A DNA stretch of 64,000 nt, taken from the NCBI GenBank assembly GCA_963664825.1, contig OY761614.1:2272001-2336000 (forward strand), given 5' to 3'. A program made the translations under genes and the position numbers. This document shows, one piece after another, positions 48,084 through 59,074 of this stretch; the first letter of the stretch is position 1; every line of letters starts with the position of its first letter. The DNA comes from an uncultured Holophaga sp. (lineage in GTDB: Bacteria > Acidobacteriota > Holophagae > Holophagales > Holophagaceae). The notes under the pieces were generated by a model, which saw only the letters and a list, made by a program, of their open reading frames with translations, was not told the origin of the DNA and searched no databases.

Positions 48084-49190
48084 TCATCCAGCAACCTCAG
48101 ACTCTTGAGCGCCGGCCTTGGATGTCACGTAAAGCATCACTGCCGCCTGAAGTCTGTCTACGTGCTTGTAAATATCATCCAGATCTGTGATGTAGATCCG
48201 CTCTTCCTGGTGACCGGCCTCGAAGATCCCAATGGACTTCTTCTTGGGCGAGTTGAAGTAGAACCGGCAAATGGGTTTCCGGTTGTTGTCGTCGAAAAGG
48301 ACAGCGCAGTAGCTCTTTGCATCGCGCATGACCACACGCTTAGCCGGAACCAATTCACGGAGGATGGCTCGAACAATGTAAAAGGCCTCCATTTCCTCGG
48401 CGGTGGTTACGATTCCATCGTCAAGGTCTCCATCTGTAGCATCCTGGGGAGTGGAGGCAACTTCAACTTCCTCGGGGTTGGCGGCCATGGCGGCTTTGAG
48501 GCGGTCTTGGATCCGTTCTGCAACCAATTGAGTGAAGGCCCTGCGCACGAGGTTGGAAAATTGGTCCCGGACCTGCTGTGTGAATTTCCCGGAGTAGACG
48601 CGACTCGCGATGACTTTTACGAAATCTTCGGAAGGGGTGTTCAATTGAACACTGAGCACCTTCTGGATTTCCTTTAGGTATTTGAGGTCACTGGCGGTGG
48701 ATAGGATCTTAGGAAGGTCGAATGCTTCCTTGGCGAACTTCCGGAGTTCCTCAATATTCTGATCGTCCCAGTCCAGAAGATCGAATTCGAAAAACGGTTT
48801 GTCGTCCATCTTGTTCGTTTGGTCCAAATCCGTATAGAACTGATAGACAAGGCCGTTGGTGAGGATGCCGAACCGCGCTTCGGTGACGCTGAAATACCGG
48901 AATAACTGGGCTGCATGATTGATGTTCAGATCGGCACCGACCTTCTTGCATTCAAAGATCATGATGGGCTTGCCGTCCCGCATGATGGCATAGTCCACCT
49001 TCTCACCTTTCTTGGTTCCCACATCTGCAACGAGTTCCGGGGTGACTTCGCGGGGATCGAAGACGTTGTAGCCCAAGGCATGGATGAAAGGCATCACCAT
49101 GGCTGTCTTGGTGGCCTCCTCCGTTTGGATGGCCTCGCGATGCAAGGCGACACGCGAAGCGAGCGAACGAATGGCGTCGGTAAATTCCAT
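48084..49190 (-). CDS. Type I restriction enzyme HsdR N-terminal-like (PD-(D/E)XK) nuclease domain protein
   Basis: TEEATKTAMVMPFIHALGYNVFDP, GEKVDYAI...IFECK, QLFRYF, ILTNG; GGAGG RBS; visibly lower GC than its flanks. Confidence 0.85.
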   Translation of the reverse strand: MEFTDAIRSLASRVALHREAIQTEEATKTAMVMPFIHALGYNVFDPREVTPELVADVGTKKGEKVDYAIMRDGKPIMIFECKKVGADLNINHAAQLFRYFSVTEARFGILTNGLVYQFYTDLDQTNKMDDKPFFEFDLLDWDDQNIEELRKFAKEAFDLPKILSTASDLKYLKEIQKVLSVQLNTPSEDFVKVIASRVYSGKFTQQVRDQFSNLVRRAFTQLVAERIQDRLKAAMAANPEEVEVASTPQDATDGDLDDGIVTTAEEMEAFYIVRAILRELVPAKRVVMRDAKSYCAVLFDDNNRKPICRFYFNSPKKKSIGIFEAGHQEERIYITDLDDIYKHVDRLQAAVMLYVTSKAGAQESEVAG

Positions 49191-49367
49191 GTACCCTCCT
49201 GGTCTTGAACTTACCGTTCATTATGTCCTAATCGCTGGATCTGCGCCTAAATGTTTCTCGATTGGCGACCCAGGCCACAGAAACCCCTCTTGGGGGCATG
49301 AAACCCCAAAAAACAAAAATTCCCATCACAAGTGGTGCAGTGAGATGTAGGGCTATGGGGAAGTCGC

Positions 49368-49577
49368 ATCAGCGTGCATCTGCGTTCATCATTGTTCAAA
49401 AAAATTCAACTCTGATGCACTCCGATAGAAGCCCTGAGACTGAGCTCTCGAAGGTTCCTGCTGGGGGCGGTTGTCCCGTTCCCTACACCGTGATGACCAC
49501 GATCTCCGGATCCACTTCGGCCTTGAGGATGCCCTCGATGGCCACCAGTGTGCCCGTGAGGCCCGCGGGGCAGGTGG
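49368..49577. repeat. Direct repeat copy B (functional nfu 3' end plus downstream region)
   Basis: Matches 47856-48074. Confidence 0.92.
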
Positions 49578-50043
49578 TGCAGGCGCCCTGGTAGCGGATC
49601 ATCACCTGTTTCTCGTGGCGGCCGACGATCTCCAAACCTCCGCCATCGGCGGCCAGGGCGGGGAGGATCTGGATGGTGAGGACCTTGCGGACTTTCTCCA
49701 GGAACTCGTCATTGGGATCGCACTGGATGGAGGGGGGACCGGCCTTCTCTCTCCCCGCGGAGGGAGCCGTACCCAGGCCCTCGGCGGCGCGGATGGGGGG
49801 CGCTAGTTTGGGCAGCAGTTCGCTCCAGCCGATGTCGTCGTCCTTGGTGATGGTGAGAAACCTGTCCTGCATGAAGACCGATACGACGTGGCCCACGGCA
49901 AAGAGGGCCTTGGCCAGGGGATCGGCCTCGGCGATGGTGGCGTCGGGGAAGCTCTTGGGAAACCCCAGGGCCACCGGTTGGCGCAGCACGAACTTCACCG
50001 CGTTGGGATTGGGCGTGTATTCGATCTCGGCGATCTTGGGCAT
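49483..50043 (-). CDS. Nfu/NifU-family Fe-S carrier (Nfu_N plus NifU_C)
   Basis: EYTPNPNAVKF, PLAKALF, ILPALAADGGGL, YQGACTTCP. Confidence 0.9.
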   Translation of the reverse strand: MPKIAEIEYTPNPNAVKFVLRQPVALGFPKSFPDATIAEADPLAKALFAVGHVVSVFMQDRFLTITKDDDIGWSELLPKLAPPIRAAEGLGTAPSAGREKAGPPSIQCDPNDEFLEKVRKVLTIQILPALAADGGGLEIVGRHEKQVMIRYQGACTTCPAGLTGTLVAIEGILKAEVDPEIVVITV

Positions 50044-50086
50044 GGAGAACCTCTGATACCAAGTTGCAGTCAATAAAGATGAAAAC

Positions 50087-50193
50087 TCACCACGGAGGCA
50101 CGAAGGGCACGGAGATGATTTTGAATCGCCACGAGAGGCTTCACCCGTTTTCCTCTGGAATCATTCTCCGTGGACTCAGTGCCTCCGCGGTGA
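50087..50193. repeat. Inverted-repeat element between sufU and nfu
   Basis: TCACCACGGAGGCACGAAGGGCACGGAGA ... TCTCCGTGGACTCAGTGCCTCCGCGGTGA terminal inverted repeats. Confidence 0.75.
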
Positions 50194-50240
50194 ATCTGTT
50201 CTGCTGTACGCGAAACAGCCTGAATCCGGGGGTTAGCTGG

Positions 50241-50690
50241 CTATTCCGTCGAGACGCCATCCTGGCCTTCCAGGGCGCTGTGCAGGGTGGCCCAGGGGAG
50301 GACGGCGCATTTCACGCGGCTGGGGAGATCCTTCACACCCTGGAAGAGCGTGAGCTTGCCCAGGATGTGCGGATCAGTGGCGAGGTCCAGCTTGCCGCGG
50401 ATCATCTCCCGGAACTGTTCCACCATCTGCTGGGCCTCCTCCACCGTCTTGCCCTTGACGTTGACGGTCATCAGCGAGCTGGAGGCCTGGGAGATGGCAC
50501 ATCCATGCCCCTGGAACTTGAGGTCCTGGACGATGCCCTCCTCCACCACCACCGTGATCTCGATATCGTCGCCGCAGAGGGGATTGAGGCCGTGGGCGTG
50601 GTGGGTGCAGCCTTCCAGGGCCCCGAAGTTCCGGGGCTTCTTGTTGTGCTCCAGGATCACCTGCTGGTAGAGCTCGCGGGGGTCAGTCAT
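50241..50690 (-). CDS. sufU: SUF system NifU-family sulfur transfer protein
   Basis: LYQQVILEHNKKPRN, NPLCGDDI, GHGCAISQASSS, RVKCAVLPW. Confidence 0.92.
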   Translation of the reverse strand: MTDPRELYQQVILEHNKKPRNFGALEGCTHHAHGLNPLCGDDIEITVVVEEGIVQDLKFQGHGCAISQASSSLMTVNVKGKTVEEAQQMVEQFREMIRGKLDLATDPHILGKLTLFQGVKDLPSRVKCAVLPWATLHSALEGQDGVSTE

Positions 50691-51919
50691 TCGAAGATTT
50701 CCTTCACTTTCAGGATACCCCTCACCAGGGCGTCCACATCCTCCCGGGTGTTGAAGTAGGTGAGGGAGGCGCGGGTGGTGGCGGGGATGCCCATGCGCTG
50801 CATGACGGGTTGGGCGCAGTGGTGGCCGGCCCGCACGACGACGCCTTCGCTATCCAGGATGCTGCCCACGTCGTGGGGATGGATGCCGTCGAGCACGAAG
50901 GAGAGGACGCTGGCCTTATCCCGGGCCGTGCCGATGATGCGCAGGCCGGGGATGGCCTCGAGGCGCTCCGTGGCGTAGGCCAGCAGCTCCTGCTCGTAGG
51001 TGTTGATGCGATCCAGGCCGAGGGCCTGGAGGTAGTCCAGCGCCGCGCCCATTCCGATGGCTTGGGTGATGGCGGGAGTGCCGGCTTCGAATTTGCCCGG
51101 CAGACCGATGTAGGTGGTCTTCTCCCAGCTCACCGAGAGGATCATGCTGCCGCCTCCCTGCCAGGGGGGCATCTTCTCCAGCAGCTCTTTTTTTCCGTAG
51201 AGCACGCCGATTCCCGTGGGGCCGCTGAGCTTGTGGCCGCTGAAGGCGTAGAAGTCCGCGTCCAGATCCCGCACGTCCACCTTCAGGTGAGGCACGGCCT
51301 GGGCCCCGTCCACCAGCACGGGCACTCCCTTGGCATGGGCTCTGGCGATGATCTCCTTGACGGGGTTGATGGTGCCCAGGACATTGGAGACCTGCACCAG
51401 GCCCAGGAGCTTTGTGCGGTGTGTCAGGAGTGAATCCAGGTCCTCCAGGATCAGTTCCCCCGCATCGTTCATGGGGATGACGCGGAGCCTGGCGCCCCGT
51501 TCCTCGGCCAGCATTTGCCAGGGGACGATATTGGCGTGGTGTTCCATGGCCGAGAGCAGGATCTCGTCGCCTTCACCGACGTGGCCCCGGCCGAAGGTCT
51601 GGGCCACCAGATTGATGGCCTCCGTCGTGCCCCGGGTCCAGATGATCTCCTGGGTGGAAGCGGCATTCAGGAAGGCCCGCACCTTCTCCCGGGCCTCCTC
51701 GAAGCGGTCCGTGGCCTCCTGGCTGAGGGTGGACACTCCGCGATGAACATTCGTGTGTTCCAGGCGCTGGTAGTGATCCATGCGTGCGATCACCGGCAGG
51801 GGCACCTGGCCGCTCACGGCGCTATCCAGGTAGACCATGGGCTGGCCGTGGAAGGGGGTCGTCAGGAGGGGAAAGTCCTGGCGGAGCTTTTGGACATCGA
51901 GATCGGAAGGAGTCGGCAT
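50687..51919 (-). CDS. sufS: Cysteine desulfurase, SufS family
   Basis: YLDSA, NVHRG, MEHHANIVPW, FSGHKLSGPTGIG, VRAGHHCAQP. Confidence 0.95.
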   Translation of the reverse strand: MPTPSDLDVQKLRQDFPLLTTPFHGQPMVYLDSAVSGQVPLPVIARMDHYQRLEHTNVHRGVSTLSQEATDRFEEAREKVRAFLNAASTQEIIWTRGTTEAINLVAQTFGRGHVGEGDEILLSAMEHHANIVPWQMLAEERGARLRVIPMNDAGELILEDLDSLLTHRTKLLGLVQVSNVLGTINPVKEIIARAHAKGVPVLVDGAQAVPHLKVDVRDLDADFYAFSGHKLSGPTGIGVLYGKKELLEKMPPWQGGGSMILSVSWEKTTYIGLPGKFEAGTPAITQAIGMGAALDYLQALGLDRINTYEQELLAYATERLEAIPGLRIIGTARDKASVLSFVLDGIHPHDVGSILDSEGVVVRAGHHCAQPVMQRMGIPATTRASLTYFNTREDVDALVRGILKVKEIFE

Positions 51920-51937
51920 GGTGGGGGCCAAGAAAGA

Positions 51938-51996
51938 TGAACCGCAGAGGGCGCAGAGGAGAAAAATAAGAGCGCAGAGAAGAACGTGGTTCGGTT
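51938..51996. repeat. Half copy of the inverted-repeat element between sufD and sufS
   Basis: TGAACCGCAGAGGGCGCAGAGGAGAAAAATAAGAGCGCAGAG resembles the reverse complement of 34026-34068. Confidence 0.6.
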
Positions 51997-51997
51997 C

Positions 51998-53280
51998 TTA
52001 TTGCATATCCAGATTCGAGGCGTTCGTGTGGGCCATGACGGCTTTCCGGAGCTGGCGGCGGAGGCTGGGCACAGGGATGGGGGCCAGGAGATCGGCCGCG
52101 AAGGCGTAGGTGAGCAGGTTCCTGGCCATCTCTAGGGGGAGGCCGCGGCTCTGGAGATAGAAGATCTCTTCGGGATCGAGCTGGCCGATGGCGGCGCCAT
52201 GGGCGCATTTCACATCGTCGGCAAAGATCTCCAGCTCGGGTTTGGCATCCACCCGGGCCGATTCGGAGAGCAGGAGGCTCCGGGCCTGCTGCTGGGCATC
52301 GGTCTGCTGGGCGCCGGGATGGACATAGATCTTCCCGTTGAAGATGGCCCTGGAATGGCCATCCACGATGGTCTTCTGGAGCTGGCGGGCGGTGCAGCGG
52401 GGCACCCTGTGATCGATGCGCGAATGGGTGTCGGCCACCTGGTCCCCATCCAGCAGGGCCAGACCGTTCAATTCCAGTTCGGCGCCCTCCTCGGCCATGA
52501 GGATGCTGGGTGCCTGGCGGCTGAGGCGCGCCCCCAGGCTGAGAGTGCGGCAGACGTAGCTGGCTTGTCCGTCCACCCGGGCCGCCAGGGTGGAGAAATG
52601 GATGGCCTCCCGGGATTCCCGCTGGACGCGCTCATGGGTGAGGGTCGCGTGCCCGAAGAGCCGCACTTCGGTGACGGCGTTGGTGAAGTACTGGCCGCGC
52701 CCCAGGTACTCTTCGATCACCTGAGCCTCGGCGCCATGCTCCAGCACCACCAGCAGCCGGGGCAGGGAGCAAGTGGCCTGGGGGCCCTCCTGGTGGGAAA
52801 CGAACACCACATGCAGGGGGGCCTCCACCCGCACCTGCTTGGGCACGAAGAGGTAGGCGCCATCATTGAAGCGGGCATGGTTGAGATTGGCGAAGACATC
52901 ACTCTTCTCGGGTGTGGCCAGCGTGCCGAGGCCTCCGGCGGCTTCGGAAGCGCTGGCCAGGTGCAGCATGCGGACGCCCGGGGGCAGGGCGGTGGTATTG
53001 CTGAGGTGGGGCGCGAAGTGTCCGTTCACGAAGACCAGGCGGGAACCCCGGGCCTCGGGCAGGATGCATTCGGCGATATCCAGGTCGATGGCCTTCCCGG
53101 GCACGAGGTCCATGGCCCGGAGGCGTTTCAGGTCCAGATACTTCCAGTCCTCATCCTTCTGAGTGGGCAGTGCCTGGCTCTCCAGGCGCGCTTCCGCGGC
53201 CTGGCGGAGGGAATTCCATCCCTCGGGACGGGGCGCCGCCAGCAGATCCGGAAGCAGGCTGCATTCCGCGAGGGTTGCCA

Positions 53281-53281
<1 letters not shown>
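51998..53281 (-). CDS. sufD: Fe-S cluster assembly protein SufD
   Basis: EDWKY, LVFVNG, FNGKIYV...AQQTDAQQ, KPELEIFADDVKCAHGA, FYLQSRG. Confidence 0.95.
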
Positions 53282-54057
<776 letters not shown>

Positions 54058-54072
54058 TGTGAACTCCGATGA

Positions 54073-55512
54073 TTAACCGACCGAACCTTCGAGTTTGAGG
54101 GAGAGTAGCCGGGTGGCTTCCACGGCGAATTCCATGGGGAGTTCGCGGAAGACATCCTTGCAAAATCCGTTGATGATCATGGAAATGGCGTCCTCGGCGG
54201 GGATGCCTCGCTGCTGGAAGTAGAAGAGCTGCTCTTCGCCGATCTTCGACGTGGTAGCCTCGTGCTCCACCTTGGCCGACCTGTTCTGAACCTCGATGTA
54301 GGGGAAGGTATTGGCGCTGCACTTCTGGCCGATGAGCATGGAATCGCACTGGCTGAAGTTGCGCGCCCCTTCTGCCTTGGGGGTGACGCGCACCAGGCCA
54401 CGGTAACTATTGGAACTGCTGCCGGCGCTGATGCCCTTGCTGATGATGGTGCTCTTGGTATTGCGCCCGATGTGGATCATCTTGGTGCCGGTATCGGCCT
54501 GCTGCATGTGATTGGTGAGGGCCACGCTGTAGAATTCCCCGATGCTGCCCTCCCCCAGCAGCACGCAGCCCGGGTATTTCCAGGTGATGGCGCTGCCCGT
54601 CTCCACCTGTGTCCAGCTGATCTTGCTGCGGGTGCCCTTGCAGAGTCCGCGCTTGGTCACGAAGTTGAAGATGCCGCCCACGCCATCCTTGTCGCCCGCG
54701 TACCAGTTCTGCACGGTGCTGTACTTGATGCTGGCCTCATCGAGGGCCACCAGTTCCACCACGGCGGCGTGGAGCTGGTTGGTATCGAACTGGGGTGCGG
54801 TGCAGCCCTCCAGATAACTGACGCTGGCGCCTTCTTCGGCCACGATGAGTGTCCGTTCGAACTGGCCCGATTCCTTGTTGTTGATGCGGAAGTAGGTGCT
54901 GAGATCCATGGGGCATTTCACGCCCTTGGGGATGAAGACGAAGGAGCCGTCGGTGAAGACCGCGCTATTGAGGGTCGCATAGAAGTTGTCGGTGTAGGGC
55001 ACGACGCTACTCAAATACTGCTTCACGAGCTCGGGATGAGTGCGCACGGCCTCGCTGAGGGAGCAGAAGATGATGCCCAATTCCCCCAGGCGCTCCTTGT
55101 AGGTGGTCGTCACCGAGACACTATCGAAGACCACGTCCACCGCCACGCCGGCCAGGGCCTTTCGCTCATCCATGGGCACGCCCAGCTTCTCGAAGGTGCG
55201 CAGCAGCTCGGGGTCCACCTCGTCCAGGCTCTGATACTTGGCTTCCTTGGGCTTGGGGGCGCTGTAGTAGACGATCTTCTGGAAATCGGGCCTCTCGTAG
55301 TGCACATTGGCCCAGGTGGGCTCTTCGAGGGTGAGCCAATGGCGGTAGGCCTTCAGCCGGTAATCCAGCAGCCATTGGGGCTCGCCCTTCTTGGCGCTGA
55401 TGAGGCGGATGGTGTCCTCGGAGAGGCCTGGCGGGGCCGATTCCGATTCGATGTCGGTCACGAAGCCGTACTTGTATTCCTGGCTGGTGACCTGTTGAAG
55501 AGGCGAGCTCAT
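54073..55512 (-). CDS. sufB: Fe-S cluster assembly protein SufB
   Basis: [51 protein letters not shown]. Confidence 0.97.
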   Translation of the reverse strand: MSSPLQQVTSQEYKYGFVTDIESESAPPGLSEDTIRLISAKKGEPQWLLDYRLKAYRHWLTLEEPTWANVHYERPDFQKIVYYSAPKPKEAKYQSLDEVDPELLRTFEKLGVPMDERKALAGVAVDVVFDSVSVTTTYKERLGELGIIFCSLSEAVRTHPELVKQYLSSVVPYTDNFYATLNSAVFTDGSFVFIPKGVKCPMDLSTYFRINNKESGQFERTLIVAEEGASVSYLEGCTAPQFDTNQLHAAVVELVALDEASIKYSTVQNWYAGDKDGVGGIFNFVTKRGLCKGTRSKISWTQVETGSAITWKYPGCVLLGEGSIGEFYSVALTNHMQQADTGTKMIHIGRNTKSTIISKGISAGSSSNSYRGLVRVTPKAEGARNFSQCDSMLIGQKCSANTFPYIEVQNRSAKVEHEATTSKIGEEQLFYFQQRGIPAEDAISMIINGFCKDVFRELPMEFAVEATRLLSLKLEGSVG

Positions 55513-55569
55513 GGGTTCTCCCGGCCTGTTTCGCGGGTGAAGGCTCCGCGTTCGATTCCTAGCTTCTCC

Positions 55570-55594
55570 AATTCAGACCAAATTTGTCAACTTT
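55570..55594 (-). promoter_or_regulatory. Putative IscR/Rrf2-type operator overlapping a TTGACA -35 box upstream of sufB
   Basis: Minus strand AAAGTTGACAAATTTGGTCTGAATT, an AT-rich imperfect palindrome (GAC-N7-GTC) like IscR type-1 sites. Confidence 0.6.
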
Positions 55595-55655
55595 ATGTGT
55601 TCCCCTGGAATCCGCGGGAGATGGCTTGTGACGGAAGTCCGGGGCGGGACGTGCC

Positions 55656-57500
55656 TCAGGCGCGCTTCCCCAGTTCCAGGATGAGCCCCTCAATCTTCTT
55701 CTTAATCAGGCTCACTTGGTCTTCGGGCAGGTCTCCCGGGTCGGCATGGAGGCCGTCCTGGAGGACCAGCAGGGCCTCCTCCCGCTCGTCGATGGCGGCC
55801 AGGGCCGTCCCCAGCTGAAAATGGTTGATGAGGGTGGGCTCGGTTTTGAGGATCGGATCGAGCAACTCCACCACTTCGGCGGGGCGCTTCAGGTCGAGGA
55901 GATACTGGCCCAGGAGCGTGCGGACCCGCCCTTCCTGGCCCGGAAGGGGCTTGGCGTGGAGGCGCCGGACCTCGATGAGATCATCCTCGGTGATCTTGGC
56001 GGACATGAGACGGTAGGCCTGTCGGATGATGACGGCCTCCCAGGCCCCGCTGCTCTTGGGGTGAGCCTGGAGGAAGCCTTCCAGGCTCTTCATTACGCCG
56101 GATTCGTCCTCTTTTTCCATGAAGTAGTCGATGGCCAGACGCAGGGCCTGGAAACACAGGCGGGGATGGCGGGCGGAGGTGGCGAAGGCTTGTACCGCCT
56201 TCAGGTGCCCTGCGGGGTCTCGGTGCCAGGCGATCTGCAGCTCCACCCAATCGGTGCGTTCGGTCTTGTCCTTGCGGCGGGCCTTCTTCAGGGCGGCTTC
56301 GGCTTCGCCGGGATTGCCGTCCTTGAGCCAACCTTCGGCGTCATCCAGGAGGAAGCGGCTCTCGGCCTTGCCTCCCCGGGCGGAACGGAGTTGGGCCGGG
56401 CTTTCCGCATCGAGCAGGAGGAGCAGCTCGGAGTCGCCGGGGTTCTGGTGCAGCAACTCTTCGAGAATGGTGAAGGCCTTGGCGCGTTCTCCGGCCAGGA
56501 TGTAGCCCTCGGCCAGCAGCTCCCGCACCATCAGGTCGCCGGGCATGAAGGTGGAGGCCTCCTTGAGGGCCTGGATGGCCTTGGCCGATTCCCCCCGGGC
56601 GATGAAGACCTCGCCCAGCAGGCTGAGGGTCTCGCCATCCCGCTGGAGGGTGAGGGCCTCCTGGGCCGCTTCCATGGCGCCCTGGAGATCCTCTTCGTCC
56701 AACAAGAGCTCACAGAGTTGGATGCGGGGCTCGGATTCATCCGGTCGGAGTTCCGAGGCGGTGCGCAGGGCCGCGATGGCGCCATCGGCATGATCAGGGA
56801 GGTCCCTCAGGAGCTTGGCCATCAGGAGCCAGGCCTCGTAGTGGCGGGGGCTCAGGGCCACTACCTTGCGGACCAGGTCCTCGGCTTCGTCGAATTCCTG
56901 GACGACCTCCTTCAGGGCCGCCACGGTGAAGAGCAGTTCGTAGTTCTTGGGATCCAGGGGCACGGCCTGGGAGAGGCGCTGGGCGGCCTCGGGCAGCTGG
57001 GCGTTCTCCAGGAAGGCGGCGGTCTCCAGCAGGGCCCGACGCAGCTGGGAGACAGACTTGGGCTTGGAGATGGGAAGGATGCGGGCGCGGTAGCGGGTGA
57101 AGAGTTCCCGGGCCCCGATGAGCTGGAGGTTCTCCTCCACCAGTTCCTCCCAGCGCTGGGAAAAGGCCTGGCCATCGATCCGTCCCTTGGATTCCAATTC
57201 CTGGACCAGGGACATGAGGCCATTGCGAAGCATGACTTCGGAGCGTTCCAGGCGCCCCAGTTGATCCGAGACCGTCTCCAGATAGGTCTCCACCCGGCGC
57301 AGGTTCTCCTCCAGGCCCGTGATCCGTTCCAGGAGATGCTCGTCGAGATCCTCGTGTTCCTCGGCCTCCTCGTCTTCCTCCCAGCCTTGATCGCCGCTGA
57401 CGATGAGGAGGCGGTTGCCGCATTTGCGACAACTCTCCCGATCCCCGGGGTTCCAGGTGAAGCAATTCTGACAATAGGTACCTGGGATTTCGGTGGCCAT
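55656..57500 (-). CDS. Zinc-ribbon / coiled-coil / tetratricopeptide-repeat protein
   Basis: N-terminal CQNC...CRKCG, coiled coil, multiple TPR-like helices (LDPKNYE, LSPRHYEAW, LRPDESE). Confidence 0.8.
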   Translation of the reverse strand: MATEIPGTYCQNCFTWNPGDRESCRKCGNRLLIVSGDQGWEEDEEAEEHEDLDEHLLERITGLEENLRRVETYLETVSDQLGRLERSEVMLRNGLMSLVQELESKGRIDGQAFSQRWEELVEENLQLIGARELFTRYRARILPISKPKSVSQLRRALLETAAFLENAQLPEAAQRLSQAVPLDPKNYELLFTVAALKEVVQEFDEAEDLVRKVVALSPRHYEAWLLMAKLLRDLPDHADGAIAALRTASELRPDESEPRIQLCELLLDEEDLQGAMEAAQEALTLQRDGETLSLLGEVFIARGESAKAIQALKEASTFMPGDLMVRELLAEGYILAGERAKAFTILEELLHQNPGDSELLLLLDAESPAQLRSARGGKAESRFLLDDAEGWLKDGNPGEAEAALKKARRKDKTERTDWVELQIAWHRDPAGHLKAVQAFATSARHPRLCFQALRLAIDYFMEKEDESGVMKSLEGFLQAHPKSSGAWEAVIIRQAYRLMSAKITEDDLIEVRRLHAKPLPGQEGRVRTLLGQYLLDLKRPAEVVELLDPILKTEPTLINHFQLGTALAAIDEREEALLVLQDGLHADPGDLPEDQVSLIKKKIEGLILELGKRA

Positions 57501-57566
57501 GCCAACAGGATAGCCTTGGCTGGCTCCGAATTGGGAACCCCGTCGGCCTGATATCCTGGGAGCACG

Positions 57567-58082
57567 ATGAGCGGAAACGAAAAACGACAGGAAGCCATGG
57601 AACTGGTCGGCAAGGCCTACCAGCACCACATGAAGGGGGAGCTGGACAAGGCCCTCGAACTCTACAATCGCAGCCTCGAGGTCTTCCCCACGGCGGAGGC
57701 CTATACCTTCCGCGGTTGGGCTAAATCTTTGCGCCAGGACTACGACGGAGCCATCGCCGATTGCCACTTGGCCATCGATCTGGATCCGGAATTCGGGAAC
57801 CCCTATAACGATATCGGCGCCTATTTCGTGGAACTGGGCCAGCCCGAGGATGCCATCCCCTGGCTGCGCATGGCGCTCAAGGCCCAGCGCTACGAGAGCT
57901 ACTGCTTCCCCCATTACAATTTGGGGCGGGTCTACGAAGGCCTGGAAAAGCTGGAACAGGCCCTGGAATGCTATCGGAAGGCCCTGGATGAGAATGCCGG
58001 ATATGTCCCGGCGGTCCGGGCCATCGAAAGGGTCCAGGAGAAGCTGGAAGTGCGCCAGGGCATCTCTGGAGGGGAAAAGTGA
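57567..58082 (+). CDS. Tetratricopeptide-repeat protein
   Basis: PTAEAYTFRGW, AIDLDPEFGNPYNDIGAY, PHYNLGRVY. Confidence 0.85.
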   Translation: MSGNEKRQEAMELVGKAYQHHMKGELDKALELYNRSLEVFPTAEAYTFRGWAKSLRQDYDGAIADCHLAIDLDPEFGNPYNDIGAYFVELGQPEDAIPWLRMALKAQRYESYCFPHYNLGRVYEGLEKLEQALECYRKALDENAGYVPAVRAIERVQEKLEVRQGISGGEK

Positions 58083-58903
58083 CCCGTTTCGTGATCGCCC
58101 ATAGTCCGGATTCCGACGATGCCTACATGATGGCCCCCCTGGCGCTGGGCTGGATGGAGGGGGACCCGGACCGGGCGGCCTTCCAGTTCGAATTCGTGCG
58201 CAAGGATATCGAGACCCTCAATGCCGAGGCCCTGGAAGGCCGCTACGATGTCACGGCCATCAGCTTCGGCGCCTATCCCGCGCTGAAGGCGCAGTACGAC
58301 CTGCTGAGTGCGGGCAGCAGCATTCAGGAGGGCACGGGGCCCCTGGTGGTCTCCAAGGCCACGCTTGCACCCTCGGATCTGGCCGGCCTCACCTTGGCCA
58401 TTCCCGGCCTGCGCACCAGCGCCTACCTGTCCCTGCGCCGCTGGGCCGAGACCCTGGGCTTCGAACCCCGGGTGGAGCTGCTGCCCTTCGACGAGATCAT
58501 GCCCGCCGTTGCGGAGGGCCGCTTCCCGGCCGGGCTCCTCATCCACGAGAGCCAGCTCATGTACCGGGAGTGCGGATTGAATCTGGTGGTTGATCTGGGC
58601 GCCTGGTGGAAGGAGGCCTTCGATCTACCCCTTCCCATGGGAGGCAATGCCATCCGGCGGGACCTGCCTGCTGAATTGAAGGAAAAGTTCGCCCGCGTGA
58701 TGCGCAAGAGCGTGGTGATGGCTCGCCAGCGGCATTGGGAGAGCGTGGATTACTCCCAATCCTTCGGCCGGGGCATGGACCGGGACATGATCAACCGCTA
58801 TGTGCAGGGCTGGGTCAACGATTTCACGGAGGATCCGGGCCCCCGGGGCCGGGAGGCCGTGGCCAAGCTCCTGGGCCTTGAGCCTGCCTGGATCCAGGGC
58901 TGA
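58079..58903 (+). CDS. mqnD: 1,4-dihydroxy-6-naphthoate synthase (futalosine menaquinone pathway)
   Basis: AHSPDSDDAYM, DIETLN, YDVTAIS, IPGLRTSA, GLLIHE, DLGAWW...LPLPMG. Confidence 0.85.
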   Translation: MTRFVIAHSPDSDDAYMMAPLALGWMEGDPDRAAFQFEFVRKDIETLNAEALEGRYDVTAISFGAYPALKAQYDLLSAGSSIQEGTGPLVVSKATLAPSDLAGLTLAIPGLRTSAYLSLRRWAETLGFEPRVELLPFDEIMPAVAEGRFPAGLLIHESQLMYRECGLNLVVDLGAWWKEAFDLPLPMGGNAIRRDLPAELKEKFARVMRKSVVMARQRHWESVDYSQSFGRGMDRDMINRYVQGWVNDFTEDPGPRGREAVAKLLGLEPAWIQG

Positions 58904-59074
58904 GATCGGCCCGCCCTGGGTTTGGATGAATGGACTCCAGGAACCTCCTCCGGAATTCCGGATCGATACCGGTAGGCCCCGGCGCTCGTGTAAAATCAAG
59001 CTAGGCTCCAGAGGGGCGTGCGCTGCCTCCGAGCCGGAACCGCTGTTCCAGGCGGATAAACAAGGAGTCCTTTG

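Noticed and set aside
48084..49190. Complete type I restriction-modification system or prophage
   Set aside because: Only an HsdR_N-like nuclease domain; no helicase motifs, hsdM, hsdS, integrase or phage genes.
57501..57914. N-terminal extension of the 752-aa TPR ORF
   Set aside because: Overlaps the divergent TPR gene on the opposite strand; the zinc-ribbon start at 57500 is more plausible.
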